Source: Octopus vulgaris
Lineage: Eukaryota
Reading direction: 5' to 3'
DNA length: 64,000 nucleotides
NCBI GenBank assembly: GCA_951406725.2
Contig: OX597814.1
Coordinates: 10,602,001 to 10,666,000, forward strand
Within the stretch, counting starts at the first letter, position 1; every line of letters begins with the position of its first letter. The translations under genes and the position numbers were made by a program. A model generated the notes under the pieces. The model was not told where the DNA came from. It made no database searches and saw nothing but the letters and a program-made list of their open reading frames with translations. Below are positions 48,103-59,500 of the stretch, one piece after another.

Positions 48103-48248
48103 TTTCGCTCTATCTATCTATCTCTATTTCTTTGAATTTTGGACGATAACTGACGAGGAAAGAGCGTGTCCATGTCTTGTCTGTGAATTTTCAGGATGTC
48201 CCTTGTTGCACTTCTGTGAAATTTTATGAAGGCTTATTTAATGTACTA

Positions 48249-48475
48249 AGGCAGTGTGAGCTGGCAGAATCGTTAACACACCGAGCAAAAATACGAAGCG
48301 GCATTTCACCCGTCTTTACGTTCGTTCTGAGTTCAAATTCCGCCGAGGTCAACTTTGCCTTTCATCCTTTCGGAGAAGATATATTAAGTACCAGTTGCGT
48401 ACTGAGGTCAATGTTATCGTCTTAACCCCACTCCCCCAAATTTCAGGCCTTGTTCCTGTAGTAGAAAAGACTATT
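48249..48475 (+). mobile_element. SINE family E copy (alternative tail)
   Basis: gagctggcagaatcgttaa...gagttcaaattccgccgaggtcaactttgcctttcatcc. Confidence 0.8.
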
Positions 48476-48869
48476 CTGTAATGTAACGCCTCGCACTCTC
48501 CATATTTGTTCCACACAGTGACATCTCCATACAGCGGGTATATATTTAGTGTGGCGTCTTCTCTTTCTTTCCTTTTCTCACGCTTTTCCTTTTCCTTGGC
48601 AGTCTATCTTTCCTCTCTCATCACCAGCTACCCCTCCGTTCGTTTTTCTGTCTTCTCCTTTTACATTATTATCCTCCTAGTTTCTTTTGTTTGGTGCACC
48701 CCTCCTTAATTACCTTTCTTTCACTCTACCATCTCTTCTATCTCCTTCTGGATATTTTTCATTCTCTCTGCCTCCTTTTTCACTTTACTTTGTTTTCATC
48801 TCTTCCTCGGCTTTCTTCTCTACCATTTACTAACTGTTGTCACTCTCCCTCTCCCATTTCGATACCTTT

Positions 48870-49097
48870 TTCTTTACTACCCACATGGGGCTAAACACAG
48901 AGTGGACAAACAAGGACAGACAAACGGAATAAGTCGATTATATCGACCCCAGTGCGTAACTGGTACTTATTTAATCGACCCCGAAAGGATGAAAGGCAAT
49001 GTCGACCTCGGCGGAATTTGAACTAAGAACGTAGCGGCAGACGAAATACCGCAAAGCATTTCGCCCGGCGTGCTAACGTTTCTGCCAGCTTACCGCC
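48870..49097 (-). mobile_element. SINE family E copy
   Basis: Reverse complement of 35412-35645. Confidence 0.85.
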
Positions 49098-49620
49098 ATT
49101 GCCAGCTCACCATGTGACAGTCCCAAATCTTTCAGACCTCCTTGTCGTATTTGGCAGCTCTCATGCTTCTTTTGAGCTTTCGCTTTCGCATTCCTGGATT
49201 CGATTTATTTTTCCACCTTTCGTTCTATCTCCCTTTCTATTTCTTCCATAATTTCACATTGCTTTCCATCTCTCTGCTTTCCTTTACCAGTCCTGTAGAT
49301 CATCATTTTCTAAGTGTTATTCCTATACATGTCTTGTCTTAATACTGTCTCATAGAAGTAAGCCCTCTATTAGTATGTGTATGTTTATTTATGCAACAAC
49401 CACCTGTGTCATTACCGTCCTTTTCATTTGATCACTTATTCTCAGCAGCTTTCTGCTGTTGACGCCACCAGAATGACCAATCTAATCATTAAAGGCGTGA
49501 AACTGTCAGGATTTTTGGATGATAACTGATGGTGGAAGAACATGTCCACTTCTTGTGTGTGAATTTTCAGTGAGTTCGCTTGCCTGTGTTGTCTACAATT
49601 GTTGAAAATTATATATATAT

Positions 49621-50395
49621 ATAATAATTCTCTAAAAGAGATATAGACAGTAACTGCTCGATAACATAAGGGACTAAAGCCATCTGAATATGGCTAGGGA
49701 CAGGGCAGAGTGGTGGGGGTGTTACTGTTGCATTTAGCCCCAGGCGAACATCGACGTCACCAGAAAGGCTCGACACCGTCACGGTGCCCTTAACCTGCAA
49801 AGGGAGGTAATTCCCCGATGAAGCGGAAACCACACACGGACCATGGTTTCAAGGTGTATTGCCTATCGTCGGCGTGTGGTAGGCTTCCGCTTCCTCGACG
49901 AACTCTCACTCTGCAGGATATTCATATATAGATTTTCAAGCAAAATACATTTGCTGATTTCGAAAATCTGTTCGAAAGCAATAATAATTCTCTAAAAGAG
50001 ATATAGACAGTAACTGCTCGATAACATAAGGGACTAAAGCCATCTGAATATGGCTAGGGACAGGGCAGGGTGGTGGGGGTGTTACTGTTGCATTTAGCCC
50101 CAGGCGAACATCGACGTCACCAGAAAGCTTGAAAATCTATATATGAATATCCTGCAGAGTGAGAGTTCGTCGAGGAAGCGGAAGCCTACCACACGCCGAC
50201 GATAGGCAATACACCTTGAAACCATGGTCCGTGTGTGGTTTCCGCTTCATCGGGGAATTACCTCCCTTTGCAGGTTAAGGGCACCGTGACGGTGTCGAGC
50301 CTTTCTGGTGACGTCGATGTTCGCCTGGGGCTAAATGCAACAGTAACACCCCCACCACCCTGCCCTGTCCCTAGCCATATTCAGATGGCTTTAGT

Positions 50396-50399
<4 letters not shown>
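49621..50399. mobile_element. Family F element: 360-bp monomer, partial tandem copy and inverted copy
   Basis: 49981-50127 repeats 49621-49767 with 1 mismatch. 50127-50399 is the reverse complement of 49669-49941. Flanked by (TA)n. Confidence 0.85.
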
Positions 50400-50467
<68 letters not shown>

Positions 50468-50573
50468 ACATATATATATATATATGTAGACACACACACA
50501 CACACGTATATAGTGTGTGTGTGCCTGTATATGCTTACGTTTATACATAGAGGCACATACACAAACACTTATC

Positions 50574-50623
<50 letters not shown>

Positions 50624-50931
50624 TATGTATACTTATATAAATGTATGAACAAGTATATGTGTATATATGCATAATATATGCATTAACATATGCACACACA
50701 TATGCATTTATATACGGAAACATAAGTACCCTATTGTTTCTGCCTTTACATAACAAATACCCAACGTAGATGATCTGTACAACGTACGCTTGAATTAATG
50801 GCAGTAGGAGTTTATTAATATGACTGCTTAAAATTACATATATGAACATATTTGCATGTACAGGGATTAGTAACGTCCTTGAATTCATACGTACGTACAT
50901 ACATACCTACATATATACATACATATATAAA

Positions 50932-50973
<42 letters not shown>

Positions 50974-51024
50974 TATATGTATACACACACACACATATAT
51001 ATATATATATATGTATACACACAC

Positions 51025-51099
<75 letters not shown>

Positions 51100-51132
51100 C
51101 ATATATATATATATATATGTATATATATATGT

Positions 51133-51193
<61 letters not shown>

Positions 51194-51615
51194 CCTCCAA
51201 GTTTGTTTATTGCTTTTCCCTTCTGACTGGAAACTTATGTATATGCATAATGTTTGTTTGTTGTAGAATATTCTACAGAGTGAATTTGTCCACATCTCTC
51301 TTCAGCATTTTAAATATTGACAAAATCTATGTGCATGGGTGATCTTTTTGGGAAGTTCATATTAATACATGTGTGTGCATGTGTACGGATATGCGTATGT
51401 GCCTATATATATGCATATATGTACACATGCAGGATGGATGTGTGTGTGTGGTTTTTTTTTTTAGAGGCTGAGTGAGCATCTTAGCAAATTCAAGTTGGAT
51501 TTTGTAGGATTAGAGACATGACTTCACAATTTTTGAATTATACCCCCTCCAAGGAAATCTTGCTCGTAAAAAATAGATAATAATAAATCCAGTATATATT
51601 TGAAATGTTTAATGC

Positions 51616-51694
<79 letters not shown>

Positions 51695-52405
51695 CATATA
51701 TGTATGAATACATATATATATATATATATGTGTGTGTATACATACATATATGTATATATATGTATATATATATATATTCATATTATCATATTCATTGATA
51801 CCCATCCATATGTATATGTATGTATCTGCATGTACGTGTGCATTCGATCGTGCACGTGTGTGCGAGAGAGAGAGAGAGAGACGATGATGTTCGTGGGAAT
51901 ATGCCAAATGTCATACCTGTCATATTCGTGTGCGTGTGCGCTTAGCTGAAAGTGTATACGTGTTAGTATCCCAGTAGATTCCTCAAGAATATTTGTTTTC
52001 TTCGTTGCCTGAAACTCTATTCGTAATAAAAAAATTTCAAAACAAAATTTTAACTAATGCAGTCTCTATCCAGCTTCTACCTCGTGAAGCACCTCTGCCG
52101 AAAAATACTTCTCAATATTGCAGTTTTCTTTGTTCGAGTTCTTTGACTTTGTTCATATATTTTTGTGTGTGTGTATGTTTATTTTTATGTATAAGTATGT
52201 ATATGTATATATGTATGTATGTATAAACGTACACAAGTTCACAGATGCATATTCATATGCACAGAATCATATATATGTTTGTGTGCATATATATATACAT
52301 ATACAAGTATAAATGTATGGATGGATGGATGTACACTTGTATCATTATGCATTAATGTATACATATGCACAAAAACATATATAATATATTAGAACATGTA
52401 TCTGA

Positions 52406-52447
<42 letters not shown>

Positions 52448-52696
52448 GTAGTAACAGAAAATAGGAATTTCGATTGTCCCCACGTGGTGGGTTGTAATAT
52501 ATATAAGAAATAAAAAAAAAGGAAAATATGCACACTCCCATGGTTTTAATATAATTTTTAATATATCGACCGGTTTCGCTATCGCTATTCATGATATTAT
52601 GTTTAATTTATTTGAATATATATTTTTTCTTAAGAAGAAATTTGGTCTATGTTGTGTGATGAAATTCACGAGTGAATGACTTCACAAGTAGACAAA

Positions 52697-52703
<7 letters not shown>

Positions 52704-52732
<29 letters not shown>

Positions 52733-52866
52733 TGTATGTATGTATGTATGTATGTATGTATGTATGTATGTATGTATGCATGAATGTATGTATGTATGTA
52801 TGTATGTATGTATGTATGTATGTATGTATGTATGTATGCATGAATGTATGTATGTATGTATGTATG
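52704..52866. repeat. (ATGT)n with a duplicated GCATGA interruption (60-bp higher-order unit)
   Basis: Lines starting at 52741 and 52801 are identical. Confidence 0.85.
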
Positions 52867-53289
52867 AATGAATGGATGAATGGACGGATGGATGCATTGT
52901 CCATGCATCTATGTATACATATATATTTGTATGTTTGAATGAGTGTATATATTTATGCCTGATTTATATTTGTGTGAATGGTTAACGAGTGCTATATGTC
53001 AGTTTGCTTGGAGATATAGAGATAAACGTTTTTATTCACGAAAAATGCCTTACATATAAATTCAAAATGTTTATATATAAAATCACGCGCACATATGCGT
53101 GTATGTGTATGGCTCTAGGGTAAGAAATATGCTTCTCAAGAAGTATACTGCTCAAGCTCCAGGTACAGTCCCCACATTGAGGCATCTGGGGACAACTGTC
53201 TTCTGCCATTGCTGCGTTGCTGTGAGCCGACCAGTGTTGTGAACGGATCTTTTAGACGGAAATGAAGGAACCCCATCGTATATATATAT

Positions 53290-53338
<49 letters not shown>

Positions 53339-53465
53339 TCACAATCAAGAGCAGAAATGGCGTATTCCAAATTAACAAGGTAATGTAATCCGATGGTAGA
53401 AAGAATTCCGCGAATTAGGTACTCCAAAGTCAGTCAGAAGACCTGGGTCCGTGTGAGCGTGCGGT

Positions 53466-54050
53466 ATATAGTAAATCCCTCCAAAGTAGAACAAACACAA
53501 AAAGACAACAACGTGAGGACGGGGTACATGTAAAATATTAGCAGACGCTCAGGGAAGGAAAGAATGATCATTTAACATTTCGAGCAACGCTTTTCTTCAG
53601 AATCAGAGGTAAGTCTAATAAAAAGAAAGACGGAACTTCCTTTCTTCTTTCTTTATTGCCCACAAGGTGCTAAACATAAAGGGGACAAACAAGGACAGAC
53701 ATAGGTATTAAGTCGATTACATCGATACCAGTGCGTGACTGGTACATAATTTATCGACCCCGAAAGGATGAAAAGTAAAGTCGACCTCGGCGGAATTTGA
53801 ACTCAGAACGTTACGGCAGACGAAATACCGCTAAGCATTTCGCTCGGCGTGCTAACGTTTCTGCCAGCTCGCCGCCTTTCTATTGGATCTTCCTTTCTAT
53901 TGGACTTTCTTCCGTTTCTGAAGAAGAGCGTTGCTCGGAATGTTAAACCATCTTTCTCTCTTTCCCTGAGCGTCTGCTAATATTTTACATGTACCACTTA
54001 CTCGCTTTATTTTTTTGCGTTTGTTTTTTTTTTTTTTCGATTTACTATAT
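53466..54050. mobile_element. Inverted pair of Penelope pLTR-like arms with degenerate minimal hammerhead motifs
   Basis: 53466-53630 vs the reverse complement of 53889-54050; shared ggtacatgtaaaatattagcagacgctcagggaa and CTGAAGA-A-GAGC-GTT-GCTC-GRAA. Confidence 0.7.
53646..53877 (-). mobile_element. SINE family E in the spacer of the inverted repeat
   Basis: Reverse complement of 35412-35645. Confidence 0.85.
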
Positions 54051-55484
54051 GTGTATGTGTGTGTGTGTGCGTGTGCATGTTTGTGTATGCACTGTTACTA
54101 ATATGATAATTTGTAAATATGTGAATATATGGATAAATAACGTAATGAATTCATATCATATTTGAAGTTGCCATGTATTTGTAGTTGCATATCCATGTAT
54201 GCAAACAGTAATATACTTTCTCCATACATATTCTAAATATCTTAATGTAAAGCATACATATTTCTAACCTTCAAGTTTCAGATCTACACCGAAAACATTG
54301 CCTATGTGCTTGACATCGAACTTTGAAACTATTGGCTGATAAGCTTATATAAGATTTAGTGATAATAAATGTGTTAAATGTACACTTGTGAACTACATCA
54401 TTAATTAGGCTATTTCTTTCTAAAGGATACATGTTCAGCTTAGCACAGTTGAACTTGCATTAAAGCTACTGCCAACGTAATAATTTTTAATTTAACTAGA
54501 TTCGAAACTACAATGCTTTGGTTGGGCCTCGTGGAATAAGGTTATCTAGCAATATATATAATTCGGAATACGCCATTTCTGCAGTTTGATTGTGAATCAT
54601 ATATATATATATATGATTCGCAATCAATTATAATACATATTTTGTAGAGCAAAATGTTACTTGTATTACAAAACAATATCTCTTGATATAGGCACTGGAA
54701 TCTTCATATCAAGCACATATAAACTGACGTATGTATTGATGTATTTGTATGTTTTTTTCTTTACGGTAATCAGCATAGAGAAGGGCTTATATATCATTAT
54801 AATTCGTGAAGCAGAATACTGATTGTACTTGTAAGTGCAGGATTTACCTCCCTGGAGTCATAAAAAAACAACAACCAATACTAAGGAACATATCATTAAC
54901 CCAAATGCTCTATTTTCGACTATAGATATCTTAGTGTTTCATGCGGATATTCGGCCAACATCAGCTGTGGGAGACTACGATTTCAAACACATACCTCTCA
55001 CTACATTCATTAATATTTCGTGCAGCAGCGTTACATATTACTTGTCAGCTGATGTGGTGTTACTGGTGATTTTTTTTTATTTACTGATTTACCAATATTA
55101 TAGTTCCATAAGGGTCATAAACTACTTTAATCTACAAAGCGCTGAACATTCGTGTTGTTTATTGCTAGTGTTACAGGTTAAGCGTAAGGAAAGAAAAACA
55201 AAACAACGTAAAACCACTTGTAAGAGCGTGTGATCTGTTAGTATGTGGATAAGTTCTAACAAGAGATCTCAATTTATAGAGGATAGAGTTTAAAAAAAAA
55301 AATTCTCGTTACTTGTTGAAAATTATCCATTCAGCATTAGTAATCCGAGTAATCGTGATACACACACGTTTGTGTATTTAGGACCTACATATATAAAATT
55401 ACACAAAAAACACGCATACCACGCTAACAACTCTCACACATACAAACACCTTTATATATGTGTTCGTGTGTGTGTGTATCTGAA

Positions 55485-55518
<34 letters not shown>

Positions 55519-55523
55519 CACGC

Positions 55524-55555
<32 letters not shown>

Positions 55556-55558
55556 CTA

Positions 55559-55626
<68 letters not shown>

Positions 55627-56390
55627 TATGTAGTATCTATATATGTATGTATGTATATATATATATATATATATATGTATGTACGTAAGTACATATGTAT
55701 ACCCGACCGTATATACAATTTCAAGCAACCTTCCTTGATATGTTATCTTACTTTAATAAATTATTATGTCACCTTGTCTCTTACAGAGGAAATGACAGTT
55801 AAGGAGTAAGACGTGTCTTACTGATATGTAACCGATATGAAGTCAATGTAAGACACTTCTCGCCAAGGTGGCGACATTCAGTTTTATCACCTTATTCTAA
55901 TACTGTAATTTGATACTATAAACCACACACCAGTTACTCTATCTCTCAGTATTTGTATAATTGTGTACGTAAGTATTCGGGACTGTATGAATTTACACGC
56001 ACACAAACACACGTGATACATGTGTGTGTGTGTGTGTGTGCTTGTTTGTTTGTGTGTGTGTGTTTGTTCTAGTTTATATATTTCAGTCATTGAACGGCGG
56101 ATTTGCTGGGCGGAACTTTAAAACTTGAACAGGTTTTAAGTGAACATGTGTCCAGAACTTATTCTGTCTTGAGTATAGTACTGATATTAACTGATCGATA
56201 TGTTGGGACGTTAGGATACTTGGGTAATAATGACACAGAATAAGGTTCAACATGTGTTCTCTGTTATTGCGCTCTGTCGACGGAGAGACATATATGTATG
56301 TATATATGTATGTATGTATGTATGCTTGAATGCATGTATGTATAAATGCATGTATGCATGCATGCATGTATGTATGTATGAATGTGTATA

Positions 56391-56643
56391 TTTCTTTATT
56401 GCCCACAAGGGGCTAAACATAGAGGGGACAAACAAGGACAGACAAAGGGATTCAGTCGATTATATCGACCCAGTGCGAAACCGGTACTTTATTTATCGAC
56501 CCCGAGAGGATGAAAGGCAAAGTCGACCCCGAGAGGATGAAAGGCAAAGTCGACCCCGGCGGAATTTGAACTCAGAACGTAACGACAGACGAAATACCGC
56601 TAAGCATTTCGTCCGGCGCGCTAACGTTTCTGCCAGCTCGCCG
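56391..56643 (-). mobile_element. SINE family E with an internal 27-bp tandem duplication
   Basis: tcgaccccgagaggatgaaaggcaaag at 56496 and 56523. Confidence 0.85.
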
Positions 56644-56723
56644 TATGAATGTATAAATGTACGTATGTATGTATGAATGCATGCTTGTAATTATGCGTGT
56701 GTGTGCGTGCGTGTGTTTATGTA

Positions 56724-58184
56724 TACAGAGAGTGTTCGGGATAAATTTTACGATTTTTATCTCTCCTTTTCTTTCGGGAACAGCTTGATGTATTGGCTAA
56801 CAATCAATGACATCGGAGAGCGTAAAGATTAAAGTTGTAATTGAGAAAACGTTAGCTAACATTGGAGGACTGGAAGCCGTCTGAATACCGAGAAAGATTT
56901 AGTTTATGTAATGAGGATTCGCGCCGGCTGTCAAAACGCAGACATCATGATTCCTTCTCAGTGTTGTGAACATTGTAAAATCTATAAGATGCAACATGGA
57001 CTTCGTGAAAACTAAGTTGCCCCAAACAGTGGTGGTCTTTTGGTATGTGTCTACCTCCCCCCAAACAGTGGTGGTCTTTTGGTATGTGTCTACCTCCCCC
57101 CAAACAGTGGTGGTGTTTTGGTATGTGTCTACCCCCCCCCCCACAACTTTAAGGAGGGTCTTAGTCTCAATTCATACGGCGATGTAAAAATTTTGGAGTC
57201 TGTGGTCAATTCTAGGCTGGAGAGAGTTGCTGCTGGAAAACCATAAGTGTGGCAACAAGATTCGCCTTTTTACCATATATCCAGAAGATATCAGAGGTGA
57301 TAATAAATCTCTGAACGAGGTATAAACAGTAACTGCACGACAATGTGAGGTATACTTGCCATCTCAATACGGCTAACCACTAAGGGTGGGTGTTACTGTA
57401 GCTTGTAGCCCCAAGGGAACATCGTCTCCAGCTGGCTTTAAGCACACTTTCTGTGCCCTTATGGTATTTAGCCCCAGGAGAACATCGTCTCCAGCTGGCT
57501 TTAGGCACACTTTCTGTGCCCTTATGGTATTTAGCCCAGGAAACACGTTCAGGCACACTTTCTGTGCCCTTATGGTATTTGCAAATACCATAAGGGCTCA
57601 GAAAGTGTGCCTAAAGCCAGCTGGAGACGATGTTCTCCTGGGGCTACAAGCCACAGTAATACCCACCCTTAGTGGTTAGCCTTATTGAGATGGTAAATAT
57701 ACCTCACATATCAGAGGTGGTTGTTTGAAAATTTCTATGCCTTCACTAGCCCCAATTTCTAGCTTCCTAATTTCCCCAAATATAATTCTATGGATTACGC
57801 TGTGCGTAAAGTAGTTGAATAAGACACCAAACTCTCTGCCTGCAAATTCAAGACTGAGTCGGTGGCCACAATCAATGAAGTCTTCGGGGATCTTCTCAAG
57901 AATACAGTGGAAAACTCATGCGCCAGGTACCGGAGCTGTTTGAGGCCGTGGTATAAGCTAAAGGCAACTACTTTGAGTAAACTACTTTCTCCCGATGCGA
58001 ACCATCATGGTACAAGGAACTCTTTTCCAATATTCAGATGATTTCAAGTCCTCCATGTCAGCTAGATTTTTCTCAACTTTGATCTTTATGCTCTCAAATA
58101 CTGTTGACTGCTCACCAATATGTCAAGCAGTTCATGAGAAAAAGGAGACATAAAAATCGTTAAATTTAACCCGAACACTCTGTA
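56724..58184 (+). mobile_element. Tc1/mariner (maT/DD37D-like) relic with long TIRs
   Basis: TA-flanked TIRs cagagagtgttcgggataaattttacgatttttatctctccttt / aaaggagacataaaaatcgttaaatttaacccgaacactctg. Remnants KTKLPQTVVVF and F*LPNFPKYNSMDYAVRKVVE (cf. WPPNSPDxNPMDY). 39-bp tandem x3 at 57021-57137. Confidence 0.75.
57300..57707. mobile_element. Family F foldback element inserted in the maT-like relic
   Basis: 12-bp TSD atatcagaggtg (57288-57299 / 57708-57719). 63-bp sub-repeats at 57406, 57469 and 57532. Palindromic apex TTTG|CAAA at 57581/57582. Homologous to 49621-49790. Confidence 0.85.
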
Positions 58185-58289
58185 TACATACATACATACA
58201 TACATACATACATACATACATACATACATACATACATACATACATACATACATACATACATACAAATATAGATATATACATACATGCAT

Positions 58290-58760
58290 AAACACCAGCT
58301 CAAGGAATACTGGTGGAATATACCCCTCTAAACGTCTGTCAAATGTAAACATAACAGACCGGATATTGTTGTTTGGGACAGAGGGGCAAAGGTATGTACC
58401 GTCATAGAGGTCCGCTGCCCTGGAGATATGAATATCTCTTTGGAAATCAATAGAAAAGAGGTTATCGATGGCCAACTGCTTCGAAACATGCAGCTTCTAT
58501 ATCCAGACTATGAATTCGTATTCATACCAATAATAATTGGAGTACTAGGTTTTGTTAGTAGAAACTTAAAGGAAAACCTGGATAAACTGGCTAATTCGTA
58601 CATTATAAGTCCAGTCTATGAGTGGAACAGTAAAAATATGCAAGACTTTTCTTACGTTCCAAAAGTGGATTTGTCTGTGTTAAAACTACATCACAAAGAT
58701 GAAGTCTTGCATTTTTGTTGGAAACCAGCTCCCTTCCCAGTGGAAGATTTATAATAATTA
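58290..58760 (+). mobile_element. R4/Dong-like LINE 3' fragment (restriction-like endonuclease)
   Basis: YWWNIPL*TSVKCKHNRPDIVVWDRGAKVCTVIEVRCPGDMN..LLRNMQLLYP..IPIIIGVLG is the RPD..E RLE motif, in frame with ORF 58428. Flanked by (TACA)n. Confidence 0.75.
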
Positions 58761-59404
58761 AAAAAATAGAAGAAACTTAGATAGATAGATACATAGATAC
58801 ATACATACATACATACATACATACATACATACATACATACATACATACATACATACATACAAGCTTTTTTACGTTGACACAGCTCATGAACACAGACCAA
58901 CTGTCAAATGTTGCTTTGTGTTCATATTCTCCATTCAACCTAGCGGCTCGACAGAGTGATCAATTAAATCAGTATTACGTATAAGACAGAATAAGTTCAA
59001 CTAAAAACTGGTCACAAGTTTTAAAGATCATATTTTTGTTTTCGTTTTAAATTTTTTTCTATTTTTGGATGGGATATCGTAATTTAATTTGTTTCTTTTC
59101 CTTTTTGCAAACAATCAAATTTATTGCAAACACCCGGTACATGTGTGTGCCTGTATATAAACACCGTCTGACTTCATTATCATTTAATGGCGTATATCGT
59201 CTTCAACTATTACTAATGTTCTTATTGTTGTTGTTGATTTCAGGTTAATTATATCCCATCCCGCTCCTCCTTGATCTTATTAACCATTTTCAAACTTTTA
59301 GGTCAGACGTGTGACATTTGTTGACAAGAAATATTTAATTGCATGACGAAACCCTTGCTCTCTCTACTTCTCTTTTATTGCTCATAGTTAAGTATGATTA
59401 TACC

Positions 59405-59434
59405 TTCTTCATCACCATCGCCTTCTTCTTCTTC

Positions 59435-59466
<32 letters not shown>

Positions 59467-59500
59467 CTTCTTCTTCTTCTTCTTCTTCTTCTTCTTCTTC
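59405..59500. repeat. (CTT)n microsatellite
   Basis: Read directly from the sequence. Confidence 0.95.

Noticed and set aside
49805-49860. Hammerhead-like CCGATGA-AGCG-GAAAC in family F
   Set aside because: The core has C in place of U4, there is no helix II, and the segment pairs better within the long rod. Not called as a ribozyme.
49609-50489. Twin ORFs MVSASSGNYLPLQVKG... on opposite strands
   Set aside because: A by-product of the inverted duplication; GTG start, ends run into microsatellite, and the frame is not kept in the 57.3-kb relative.
57021-57581. Tandem 39-bp and 63-bp repeats as a CRISPR-like array
   Set aside because: No unique spacers, eukaryotic TE context and no cas genes.
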